From Anthoceros angustus (taxonomy: Eukaryota > Plantae > Anthocerotophyta): a DNA stretch of 64,000 bases. The notes under the pieces are model-generated. The model saw only the letters and a list, made by a program, of their open reading frames with translations. It searched no databases and was not told where the DNA came from. Of this stretch, positions 51,158-63,361 are shown in pieces; the first letter of the stretch is position 1; each line of letters opens with the position of its first letter. Both the position numbers and the translations under genes were made by a program. The stretch lies in contig MU008158.1 in the NCBI GenBank assembly GCA_010909165.1, positions 2,009,478 through 2,073,477 of the forward strand, read 5' to 3'.

Positions 51158-54100
51158 TGCTACAATCACGCCCTGCTTGAACACTAACGCCCTTGACTAT
51201 TCACCAGCCCTCCAATGCCTTGGTGTGCGCCGCCTACCCACCTACGTCATTGCACATACGGTCCAATCAGAAAAGCCGCCAGAACATTGGTGTGGGCCAC
51301 GCCACCATGTCTTTGGTCGAGCGCAACCCTTTTGCGCCGGGTCCATCACGCTCCCGTTCAAGTTGCCACTAGGCAAACCGCTGCGCTGCCGCACACACCG
51401 GCATCGGACATTTGCCGTAGCCTGCACCTCTCCATGAGCCGCTGCCCATCTCTTGCCACTGATGACGCCACCACGCCACGCCGCTTGCTGGTGCGGTTTC
51501 CCACACCCCACTCGCAAGCACGCAAAGACCCATTTCCGCCGCACCTGCTTCGCTTGTGCTCCACCGCCATCGCTACCGCAATGTCTCCTTCGACATTGGC
51601 TTGCAGCAGGCTGTGAGGGTCTATCAATTGCCGCTGCATGCACGTTCTTTGTCTGCAAATGGTGGGTCTCGTAACCAAAGAGGACTGATGCCCCATCGCC
51701 TTCAAACATCGAAGGGTCTTATAGAAAAGTGATTACAAGGGTGGCCCGCCGGGCCGACATCCGGATTAACAATGAATTGCGACAAGGGCTACCGTGTGGA
51801 AGCTCACCGTCCACTGCTACCATCACTTTCGCCCCCATTGCTTCAACCGCAATCACCCCAAGTGCATGCATTGCGGGCACCGATGATCGGCAACACCTCA
51901 TGGGTATACATATTCAAGCGCAGTCCATGCAGCTGACGTAACCAAACCATGGAGTCATGCTCAACGTCATGTCGCATCATCGAGTTCCCTCCTGGTTTCC
52001 ACCATCATCTATTGTGGCCATTTGAGAGCTGGCCATCGACGCGTGGCTTGCTCATGCCGCTACCAACTCGTTGTGGTATCTGACGGGAATGTGCCGGGCT
52101 CCGGCGACCCCGACCAAGGCCGGCTCTTCGACTGAGGAGGCAAACTCGGACGGATGCCGCGAGTCCATGGCATCCTTCGGATGAGCATTGTCACGAGGTT
52201 TTCTATTAAGACACCAACCACCACCACCCCTTCACACGCCAACAAGTGATGAGAATTGGTGTCGTGCGGGGTACGCTAATGGCCATGTACTCGAGCTTGT
52301 CATCAAGGACGCCGACATGTACTCGCGCTTGTTGGTGGAGACGCCGACATCACGATTGGTGCCGCCGACCATGTCCCAAGGTCCGCGCACGCCGACGTGA
52401 TGGGGTTTACGACGAGGAGATATTCTTCAAGGCCGAATATTCCGCCCGCTTAAACCACGCCTGGATTGACACGATGGGTCTACATCCACCACTCGTTTTG
52501 AATCATTCCAAGAATTCGCTGTGGCATCTTCCGCTCAAACACTTCACGCCCGGCGGCGTTTGACGCCTGTGATGGATTTGCAATTGGGTTGCCCAAGAAC
52601 CCCGGGAGATCCGACGCCAGCCTCGATGGCGTGGTCGGCCCCTCACCGATTATGTGTCCTGCTATGTGGAGCCTCACAAAGCGACGGAAGGAGATGCAAG
52701 ATGCCCGCCTCCCGAAGCCCATCGGTCTTGGAATCATGCCCCACTCCTCTCGTCGGTGACTACGTTGTTGCCCAAGCATTCCGCTTAGGGATGTCGATCG
52801 ACCAGGAGTTTTCTTGGAGACACCCTAAGTGGTCGATGCGCTTGTCGAGCCGCCGGCTCATCGACGATGAAGGAATACCATTGGGCCCAACTGCCCCATT
52901 ACGACGGAGGCCCTGTGCTTGTGCGAGGCGAGGACAAGACGAATAGGCCAAGCCGTGGTGGGTTGGTGCCATCACAGTGGGAAGCGCGGTTGCAGCGCTA
53001 AAGAACTCGGTGAATTCATAGTGGACATACTGGGTGAGATGCGAAAGAATGAGAATCAAGAACATGGCGATGGTTGTGGAGGTAGGGACCCAAGCGCTCA
53101 CCTTGATGTTCAACCGCCACCGAGTTTGAGCCGATTTGATATCCGCTGTGGAGCCGTGGAGCCCGCCTTTGGGGAGGAGAGCACGGCGCGCCATCACCGT
53201 GGAGGCGGAGGATTTGGTTTCGCCGAGGGTGAAGCGCGGGTGAAGGAAACGGATGAGGGTGGGATGTTGCACCGCATCTACGGGTGGGAGCCATGCCGCA
53301 ATCGCGGATGTGGCTCGAGAACCGCCGCTCGCCGGCCGCGCGGGAAGGGAAATTGGCTCTTATGAAGAAGTCGGTCGATCGAAATGGGTAGTGGGGTTTG
53401 CTCGTAAATTGCGCGTGCTACAATCACGCCCCGCGTTTGAACACTAACGTCTTGACTATTCACCAGCCCTCCAATGCCTTGGTGCGGTAGCCGCCTACCC
53501 ACCTACGTCATTGCACTGCATCGGGTCCAATCGGTAAGCCGCCAGAACATTGGTGTGTGGGCCCGCCACCATGTCCGCTTTGTCGAGCGCAACCCTTTTG
53601 CGCCTTCGCTCCATCACGCTCCCGTTCAAGTTGCCACTAAACCGGCGGTTCTTGTGCACGCGCATCGGACATTGTCGATCGGGCACCTCGGCATGAGCCG
53701 CTGCCCATCCTTGCCGGTGATGGCGCCACCACGCCACGCCGTTTCAGTGGTGCGTGTTTCGATCACACCCACTCGCAAGCACGCGGCACCCATTTCCGCT
53801 TCGCACCCGTTTCTGCTTGTCGTTCCCACCGCCATCGCGCGCCTTCGCAATGTCTGCTTCGACATTGGCTTGCGCAGGCTGTAGGGTCTATCAATTGCGC
53901 TGTTGCATGCGCATTCTTGTCTTGCAAATGGTGGGTCTCGTAACCAAAGAGGACCACCCATCGCCTTCAAACATCGAAGGTCATTCTTATAAGCGGTGAT
54001 TACAAGGGTGGCCTGCCCGACATGGATTAACAATGAATTGCGACAAGGGCTACCGTGTGGAAGCTTCACGCTCACTTTATTACCATCACTTCGCTTCCCA

Positions 54101-55669
54101 TTGCTTCAATCCGCACTTTAGACCAAGTGCATGCATTGCGGGCACCGTATGATCGGCAACACCTCATGGGTATACATATTCAAGCAGTCCATACGGCAGA
54201 CGTAACCAAACCATGGAGTCATGCTCAACGCCGTACGCATCATCGAGTTCCCTCCCAAGGTTTCCACCATCATCTATTGTGGCCATTTGAGAGGCCATCG
54301 GCGTGGCTTGCTCATGCCCGTTACCAACTCTGTGGTATCGACGGGAATGTGCCGGGCTCCTCGGGCGACCACGACCGGCTCTTGACCGATTGAGGGCAAA
54401 CTCGGGACGGATGCTGCGAGTCCATGGCATCCTTCGGATGAGCATTGCCGAGGTTTTCTATTAAGACACCAACCACCACCACCCCTTCACACGCCAACAA
54501 GATTGGTGTCAAAAGTACGCCCAATGGCCATGTACTCGAGCTTGTCATCGGGGACGACATGTACTCGCGCTTGTTGGTGGAGACGACATCACGATTGGCG
54601 GGCCGCCGACCATGTCCAGAAGGTCGGACGCCGACGTGATGGGGTTTACTGGCGAGGAGATATTCTTCAAGGCCGAATATTCCGCCCGCTTAAACCACGC
54701 CACGCCTGGATTGACGCATTCCGGGTCTACATCACCACTACGGCTCGTTGAATCATTCCAAGAATTCGTTGTGGCATCTTCCGCTCAAACACTTCACGCC
54801 TCGGCGATGTCGGACGACGCCGGATGGATTTGCAATTGGGTTGCCCAAGAACCCCGGGAGATCCAGCTCCTCGATGGCGGTGGTCGCCGGCCCTCACCGA
54901 TTATGTGTCCCGCTATGTGGAGCCTCACAAAGCGACGGAAGGAGATGCAAGATGCCCGCCTCCCAAATGGGTTCCGGTCTTGGAATCATGCCCCACTCCT
55001 CTCGGTGACTACGTTGTTGCCCAAGCATTCCGCTTAGGGATGTCGATCGACTAGGAGTTTTCTTGGAGACACGGTAAGTGGTCGATGCGCTTGTCGAGCC
55101 GCCGGCTCATCGACGATGAAGGAATACCATTGGGCCCAACTGCCCCATTACGACGGAGGCCCTGTGCTTGTGCGAGGCGAGGACAAGACGAATAGGCCAA
55201 GCCGTGGTGGGTTGGTGCCATCACAGTGGGAAGCGCGGTTGCAGCGCTAAAGAACTCGGTGAATTCATAGTGGACATACTGGGTGAGATGCGAAAGAATG
55301 AGAATCAAGAACATGGCGATGGTTGTGGAGGTAGGGACCCAAGCGCTCACCTTGATGTTCAACCGCCACCGAGTTTGAGCCGATTTGATATCCGCTGTGG
55401 AGCCGTGGAGCCCGCCTTTGGGGAGGAGAGCACCGCCATCACCGTGGAGGCGGAGGATTTGGTTTCGCCGAGGGTGAAGCGCGGGTGAAGGAAACGGATG
55501 AGGGTGGGATGTTGCACCGCATCTACGGGTGGGAGCCATGCCGCAATCGCGGATGTGGCTCGAGAACCGCCGCTCGCCGGCCGCGCGGGAAGGGAAATTG
55601 GCTCTTATGAAGAAGTCGGTCGATCGAAATGGGTAGTGGGGTTTGCTCGTAAATTGCGCGTGCTACAAT
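51158..55669. repeat. Tandem duplication of ~2.25 kb: 51158-53415 and 53416-55660
   Basis: 9-bp microhomology TGCTACAAT at 51158, 53416 and 55661; copies are colinear. Confidence 0.93.
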
Positions 55670-56299
55670 GGCTCGAGCATTTTGTGGCATACGCCGACTT
55701 TCGCTTGAACGACGAGGGTACCTTCCATATACTCGAGGCTTGTGACCTTATCGTGCGATGTTGCCATTGCATGGGTGCTCGCAAAGGGCATGCCTTGATT
55801 GTGGGATCTGTTGCTTTCATGTTCGGCTTAACCGCTTGCACCTCCCGCTTGAAGTGGAAGTGCGCCGGGAATGCCACTTCGATTGTTTGGGTAGGAAGAC
55901 TGAGCTTGTGCTTCATCCAGCCATGAACACTTTTTGTGTCGCTCGGACGCGATGCTCGGGTCAGGACCCCACGTAGTTTAGTGTAGCATCCTTGCGTTTT
56001 GGTCGCCTCGAGCGGCTCATTTTGTGTGGCTCTTCCGAGTGCAATGGTCGTGGTTCACTAGATCCAATTGCATACCGTTATGCTTTCCATTGCATATTGT
56101 TAGTATTTTCATCTCGAGTCCGAATCGCCCAAAGCAACACGGAGCAATAGCCATTAATGCGACCGTGATGCCGATCCTTGCCAAATTACGCCCACTCATC
56201 AGACTGCTCGGCTCGGAATAGCCACGGTTTCATGGGGAGCACCGACCGCAGAGACAACCTTTGACACCAGATTTAATCGGGTAGTCGACCGGCTACGCT

Positions 56300-59200
56300 G
56301 CATCATTTGCAGCAATCACGGCCGGGCACCCATACCCGCCCAAGGAGTGACAAGAAGAGCGCTCGGTCCCGGAGTCGCAATTTTGCGCCATCGAGTGCCT
56401 TATTCGTAATCGCTTCCATAATGATGCATTTGCTCACGCTTGTTCTGTGTGTCTTCATCCCTTTCTAGTAAGAAATCCCATTTGGAAGGAACAGGGTGCA
56501 ATGTACCAACCGCCCCTCCCCACATCCGGATGTGCCAATGCGCTGTGTGACGGAATGTGAAGGCCGGTCTTATGGTCTCGCCGATAACGACAAGCGCCGA
56601 TCAGCGGTAAACCCACCGCAATCCGGGCCCATGACGCAGGGTTGGTGGAATTCACCAAACCATCGGATCACGAGGACGGCGGTAAAGTCCGGCCTCAAGC
56701 AACATCGAATATCCCATCCACTTGCCCGTAAAATCAACCGCTGGTCCTCCATGTCGAATGTGCCAAAACCCAACTATCCCGTGTTGACCGCCGATTTGCA
56801 TCGATTCCTTAGTGCGATAGTGGTACCCCATCGTGTCCAAACCGCGGTAAGTAGTTACCTTGATTCGGGACCAAACACCATAGCGGAGGTCATTGTAGTC
56901 TTCCATGCTTGCCCACCTCCCCGAAAGAACCCCCGCCTCCAACCATGTCAAAAGCGCCTCGGGTCGCGGCCATCGAGTCGACGCGACGGACCGAATGGCG
57001 TCAATGCGGAGGAAGTGCTGCAGACGCGCTCTTGAGCGTATTGTGGTTTTCTCGCTTTTTCTCACGCCGCCTCCTGCGTGGAATGCGTGGTTTGGCCGGA
57101 ATAAATGTGCTTCACCAGGGTCCTTGCTGCAAATCACTCGCGAAAACATGCTCTCCATGGCAAGATGCCTCGGCCATGCTCCTTCGGCTTTGCTCGGGCG
57201 GATCGATCGCTTCAATACATGGAGATGCCTCTCCATGGCAAGATGCCCTGGCCATGCTCCCTTCGGCTTTGCTCGTGGCGGATCGGCTTCAATACATGGA
57301 GATGCCTCTCCACAGGTACATCCATTTGACGTGGACTGGGCCATGCGTTTACCTCGCCCGTGAGGTGGATGAGCAGTGTTGCATAGGGTTCCACAAGATC
57401 GACGGATAACACCGCCCAATGCCACTATAATGTTCACCATCTTAACTCGCATTGTCTGGAATCTCAAATTTATTTATAACCTTCCGACATATCCAAATGG
57501 TATAAGCCACTAAGCTCAACAAAACAGTATACTCAGGGCTTCAAACGCCCCCGCAAGGCAATAGGGAAAAATGCATCAGAAAGGAAGGTGCCAATCATGG
57601 CCTTTAGACCGCTTATTTTAGACCCACCAAAAGAAGAGGAAAGGTTTGCGCCAAGGCGTTGGTGGTCCGATCCTACAAAGCTCATCTTCACCGCTTGAAT
57701 GTCGGGCCGAAGTGTGTATGATGCATCCTGCAGTGGGTCTCATCATGGTCGCCAACAAAGCCACAACCAAGGCTTGGAGTCCAAGTCAACGAGGTCAACC
57801 TCGGCATTGTGCGTGTCCAAACTCCATTCAAATGTTCCATAACGCTTGGGCATTGTTCACCTCGATGTGCATCACGTCCTTCACCATAACCGGGAATAGA
57901 TCGTAAGTAGGGCAAGTGGAGCAAAAAGCCGATTTCCGCCTACACTCCAACCGTCCATTCGCCTCCCCGGCCCCTGCATTTTCCCATGCATCCATCTCAT
58001 CAATAATGTCTGGACGAGCCCTTGGCGGGCGGCGCTCTATCTCGCTTGTTGAAAACTCACGATGCTCAAGCCTCGGTCACCTGTGCCCATCATGTGCCCA
58101 TCACATACCACCTTATCCAAAGCGCGACCACCGTGGTCAGTGTAGGGGTCCACATTCAAAACAACATTGGTACCCACGAACCTGAAGCCCGAAAAGGGCC
58201 CCCAGCCCGGGGTAATCACATGTAGCGTGGAGGACCGCAGACGGAGGAGAAAGTAATGGGCGTGGTCGGACACGCCCTGAATGATCCCTGGCCACACCAC
58301 CCATAGGGAGGCCAACCCTCCATCAAGGGTAAGTACACATCAAGATTCTTCACTTGTTTCGGGCCGGTATGATAATGGGCATGAGTATGCGATGCCTCTT
58401 GGTGGTAAGCCAAGGAGGCGTTATGAATGAAAAGGAACACGGGCCAAATAGAGTAAGAAGTGACGTGTGCCCACACTTGGGTTAAAGCCATCCGTCCGAT
58501 ATTCCTAGCCGAATATTCCGATCCTCCCCACCAAAGCCGCCCACAGATCAAGGGCTTTCCAAGTCGTATCGGCCATGATGCGGTTGTCCGTCAACTCTCG
58601 GCGCCTTCCACGTGAGCAAGCGCCAAGAATGGTAGGACAAGCAAAGCGACCTTGAGTCGCTCAATAACCGGAAAGAAGAACATGGTCTTGCAGGGCAGGT
58701 TCGCTTGCCCAATCAAAACCTCACCACTCACGTGATGTCGCAAATTGTGTGTTCTCGCTGGGCTGTAAAATAGGCAATACGCCGCCCACGTCGATTAATT
58801 ACCGTGTTGTCTGTCCGACGTGAAGGAGCATTTTCCGAGCATCCCCCTTCGATGTGGGCATCGAATTTATCTCGGCGAATAGAAGTGGAGAGGAGTTGGA
58901 AGATTGCCGTCATCCCGAGTCGGAAATCTTGAAGCGCCTCGCAGAAGTTAGGAAGGCTGCACGAGTAACCGTGTGTGATGAGACACATCCGAGCCGAAAG
59001 CCCCACAAGGGCTTGCTTGCTTCCGATTCCAAGCCGGCTCTGGCATCGGCATCACATGAACCGCCGCATGGCCTCCGCTAAGCGCGTCAAGATCCCAATG
59101 TTGAACCATGCTCACACCCCGGCCGACGCAGTACTCGGAATGGCCTGCCTTCTATCATTTGCATACCCGGTTGTGGGAACATGTTGAGGTGAATTGGGGC

Positions 59201-59870
59201 GTGAGGCGGCGCCAGGCAGGTGCAACTTATGGGAAGGCCGGGTCAAGATCGGGCATCGGGGTAGATGTCCATGCTAGAGTGGAGGTCACCACGGCCGGCC
59301 GACCCGGCATATAGAAGATGCGTGGTGAGGAGCTCATCCATCCAACCAAACAAGCCCCACACATCCGCCACAATTCCCAAAAAGCGGTGATGGTGCCTAA
59401 CCGCGAGGAGCCGCACCCAAGATCTCTCATGTCGCTACCGCAATGTCCGCATCGAATTGGGCGAGTGTTTTCCGTGCATCGAGGGCATTGGCATAGCACT
59501 CGAGGGATCTGCCGATTTGAGCGGGGGAGATCCATGGACCGACGAGGGTTCCGCAACGCTTGGTCCGAGGGTATGAACCTCAAGTAATTGGAGCTATCGA
59601 GAAAGCCGTTGGATTTTCCGACGGCCCGCTCGTGCACTAACGGATATCCTGAGTCATAACCCGGCGGTGAGGCGAGAGGGGTTTGATAGATGACTAGACA
59701 CAAGTGCAGCCGACGCTGTCGGCACATGCAAATGGTCGAGCACTGCGCCCCGCCTGCCGAACAAGCGCCATGATCGTGCACTCCAACGGTGCACGTAACT
59801 AGACTTCGGTAAGGAGCGGGTTGGGTAACCCTCCGATAAGCGTAGTTGGGAAGGACGATTTTAAGACGAA
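56300..59870 (-). pseudogene. CACTA transposase (TnpD), frameshifted
   Basis: YSIWPVFLFIHN..GPKQVKNLDVYL (~58330-58460), LHLPY..DVMHIE (~57860-57920), LLIHLTGEV..PVHVKWMY.VERHLHVLK (~57290-57380). Confidence 0.88.
57150..57312. repeat. ~78-bp tandem duplication inside the DUF4218-coding region
   Basis: CTCTCCATGGCAAGATGCC..GGCCATGCTCC.TTCGGCTTTGCTCG..GCTTCAATACATGGAGATGC occurs twice, bounded by CTCTCCA. Confidence 0.88.
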
Positions 59871-59902
59871 GCACACCACATCATATTGGATGAATGACGA
59901 CC

Positions 59903-60760
59903 CAAGGTAATTGTCTTAACCGCCCAGTACTGTCATATTTAAATGATGAAAATCACCCGTCATATGGACTGTCTTATATGGCTTGTCATATTCGAACCCA
60001 TTTTGTAGTAGTGCCTTTGTTTTTCTGCTGACTTGATGGAAAAGAGGGAGCCATGTATGGTCTCCTAGGTTGAGAGAACTCCCTGTAGGAGCCACGGCAT
60101 CGTCCACGGCCTCTTGAGGTAAACAGAACTTGTTGATGTTGGTGTTGTTGTTGGTGTTGTTGTTGGCTGCGTCCAGTAGCAGCTCTACTCGACTCCTCTT
60201 CAAGTGGTGATCCAACTATTTCTGAAAATGTGACTAGGTACGGTCAGATGCTTTACTCTTGGCTTCGCACGAGAGCCAGAAAGCCTCGGTGGCTGGAGGG
60301 GGAAGTCATTAGCTTTGCACGCTTCTACCTCTGTTAAATCGTGTCCACAAGAGGAAAACTTTGCTCGTAAGGTACGAAATTTATGAACATGATGCTCAAC
60401 GCTATCTGTATCCTTCATGCGAAGTGCATATAATTAACAGTCTAGTGTCATTTACTGATGATGTGGAATCTTTGGCAGTGAACATGTCTGTGAAAACTTG
60501 CCAAACTGGCGCAGATGTAGCTTGCCCCTGTGTATGTTGGATCATGTTCTTATCCAGTACTGAGAGGAGGATGCTCTGTGCACGCTTGTCCTTTTTGTGC
60601 CAAGCTGCAATTGATTCAGGGGTGGATCCAGTCACTGGACAGGAAGTTTGTCCATTGACGATGTCCATGAGTTCGTGTTCCTCGAACACTCCAATCATTC
60701 GCATTTCCCACATAGCATAATCAGTTCCGTTGAATCTGTCTTTTTCTTTTATGTCAACCT
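59903..60760 (-). pseudogene. Ty1/copia element 1, 5' piece: gag
   Basis: DRFNGTDYAMWEMRMIGVFEEHELMDIVNG..WHKKDKRAQSILL..VW; MKDTDSVEHHVHKFRTL (copia gag/UBN2 pattern). Confidence 0.9.
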
Positions 60761-61358
60761 TGGTGGTGTGAATAACAGTATTAGGAATAGGTATGCCACT
60801 ACTTCCACCTTAACCACTTCCTCCTGCACTTCCTCCAAGGGAGAAGAGCAAGCCTATGAGGAGGGAACCACATTCCCTACCATGTGACTAGAATGGTGTG
60901 TGGTGTCTTAAGAGGTAGTAGGAGGAGTCTGATCTTCCTCTTCAAACATACTGGCAATTGAACACAGGACGTGATCCAGGGGCTGAGGGATAACATGATA
61001 ATTTTTGAAGGGGGTGAATAATCTCGAAGGGGGTTTTCCGCAAATAATCTCTGAAGGGGACCCTTTGAACGTTACACTTGTGCACTGCAGGCTTTTTTGG
61101 GTGCAAGCTTTGTATCTATGCAATTGTTTTCATAGAAGCCCTTCTTGTGTTGGTCCTTCTGGTACAAGCTTGTTTCAGGGTACTTAGTGCTATGTGAAAC
61201 TGCACCCCAATAGGGAGTAGGAAACGTTGCAGCCATGCGATTAGTGCAAACATTGCGACCACGCATGAGCAACAACGCCTCGGCCATGCCGCAAACACAA
61301 ACGACGTGCACGGTATAAGCGATTACCAAGCGGTAGCGCGTGCACAACCACTCACATA

Positions 61359-61430
61359 CGGGCCCGGCCTGATGCACAACAGAATAGCATGCGAAACGAG
61401 CATAGTGACCCTAAACGCAACCCTAAACCC
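61359..61430 (+). promoter_or_regulatory. Possible site II (GGGCCC) and telo-box-like (ACCCTAAA x2) promoter motifs
   Basis: CGGGCCCGGCC at ~61359; GACCCTAAAC and AACCCTAAAC at ~61407-61428; no downstream gene identified. Confidence 0.3.
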
Positions 61431-62670
61431 GAGAGAAAAAAAGTTTCTGTGTATTGTGAAAACTTTGTGTGCATGATCGTAGGTGATTTACATCGATACC
61501 GGGGTCGCAGGGATCATGGTCATGCGAGACATATCGAAATAGTTCCGCTGTATGCGGCGGGACCATTTCTTTCTATCCACAACCCTAAAAAAATGTGGAT
61601 GCCGCGTGACCAAATCGGTATTCCATACCCAACGCCCGTCATTATACTTACATGGTTCATTCCTTGGGTGATAAAAAGAAGTATATTACAGTCCGGTTGG
61701 ACGGAATTTTTCCTATCATGGGACTTGCTACTTAACAACTTGTACCATGGTGATTAGCTGGCTTGATGAGGCAGAAGTTTTGTGTACGGTTCCTGCCATT
61801 GGAGAACAACGTTGTGGGCTGGGCCTCTCTTCTGACTGCCTACAGAACCCATGTTATAGGGCGAGGCGAGGAAATCGATGTTTGGACAGACCAGGTAGTC
61901 AAATGGCAACCTGAAAATGCAATCCTCGTATGTGCTCCTGGCAAGTACTTATGCCGAGATTGGCAGGTGGGACGATTTGGATAGGATAGACAGCTTGGGA
62001 AACTTTAGTTGTTCCTTGGAAGCAGCCTGCAATTGCTTGAACTGAGGTAGACCGCAAGGTGGAGCAGTTGGTTGTGGGCGAAGAACGGGCTGGCCTTTCC
62101 TCTAAGCTAAGAAGTATGAATTTGCCGCTGAAAGAAAAGAGAAGACACGTTCTCCAATGGACATTTAGAGCTACATTTGTCAATCACCCAAGTCTAACGC
62201 ATTTCCAGTGCCAGCTGCAAACATCTGCATGTAACAAACGAGTGAAGACAAGTCTTGTCTCCATAAAGGCACATGCGTGGATGTCTTTCGAGTCGGCTCT
62301 TCTTCTTGTTCCTGAAGCGTGTGTGATACCTTGCCTGTGGCTCATATTGGGAACATTCCGCAGAAAATGTGTGTCTTAGCATGGGGGACACTGATTCTGT
62401 GAAATGAAATCAGAGAATAATGCCCACCCAGTTCAGCAACCTTCACAACTAGCTTCAGGTTCTCACCTGATCTCAAAAGGCAGCATGGCTGACTGGCGGA
62501 TCACTCCACATGTTTGTTGCCTGCCAAACTAAGTCTGTAGGCTCGGATATCCCATGAAAGCCACTTGCATTCTGTCATCTTTGGCACTTGGACTGTGAGG
62601 CTGCCCTGCTCCTTCGATTGCCACATCTGTCACACAGGAGCTTGGAAGCCGCAATCCACAAGCCCTACAT

Positions 62671-63144
62671 TTAGCTGGCGAGCTTGAAAGCATCAATGAA
62701 GAGGCCATACGTGAAACCCAGCTTGAAATTGTTGAGCAGAGCAGCCGGGAAGGATGCCTTCTTGCGGGTGCGGTAGTACAGAGTCACGTACTCGGTGAAG
62801 AGCACACAGACAGCAGCAGCGATGACATCGTTCACCCCAAGAGCTCCGAACGACAGATTGATGGTCTGCGCAACATAGAAACCGCCCAACAAAGAGATCC
62901 CTCCCCACAAAGCTCTCCGGAACGGGCTCTTGAAGTAGGTGGTGGTGTAGCCGGGCAGGAGGCGGATCACATCCACCAGCCGCAACCTCTGCCTCTGCCG
63001 CCCTCCTTGGGCTGCTCTCACCCGCACCTGGACTGCCCGGGAACAAAACCTCTGCACAGGCCTCACGTGCCGGAGGCCCGGCAAAGGGGACCCGATGCGT
63101 GTCGCAGCAGCACCTACTGGGAGCTCCCAGGCGTGCAGCAGCAT
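62671..63144 (-). CDS. Ycf20-like (DUF565) chloroplast-targeted protein, resembling Arabidopsis NPQ6; start codon uncertain
   Basis: Intact ORF with YFKSPFRRALWGGISLLGGFYVAQTINLSFGALGVNDVIAA...LLNNFKLGFTYGLFIDAFKLAS* and a transit-peptide-like N-terminus. Confidence 0.93.
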   Translation of the reverse strand: MLLHAWELPVGAAATRIGSPLPGLRHVRPVQRFCSRAVQVRVRAAQGGRQRQRLRLVDVIRLLPGYTTTYFKSPFRRALWGGISLLGGFYVAQTINLSFGALGVNDVIAAAVCVLFTEYVTLYYRTRKKASFPAALLNNFKLGFTYGLFIDAFKLAS

Positions 63145-63361
63145 CGGAACGCAGCTGACGCGGGAAGAAACTCTAGAGCAGGCAGACGCAGTTAACAGGG
63201 ACTCGCGGTTTCACCGATGGAACTGGACAGGGACGCCACGTCAGATGTCTCTGCGAGACTCCAGGCCGCCGCGTGGAGGAGTCCACTTCACCGCCCTCCT
63301 TTCAGGCTCTAGCAGCAGCAGGGAGGCGTGCATGCCAGGAGAAGCGTAGCGGGTCGCGAAG

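Larger units (their letters stand above)
39627..59902. mobile_element. ~20.3-kb composite DNA-transposon insertion splitting the copia Zn knuckle
   Basis: Joining the flanks approximately restores GRLR(C)NY(C)GQNHIVCH(C)P; ends share an imperfect inverted repeat TTCATCnnATATGATnTG (15/18); contains two transposase types; no TSD resolved. Confidence 0.7.

Noticed and set aside
60780-61250. 5' LTR/PBS of copia element 1
   Set aside because: No direct-repeat match to the 5.5-7.0 kb region and no clear PBS.
61389-62400. Short ORFs or a snoRNA downstream of the telo-box-like motifs
   Set aside because: No recognisable domain, splice structure or complete C/D box stem.
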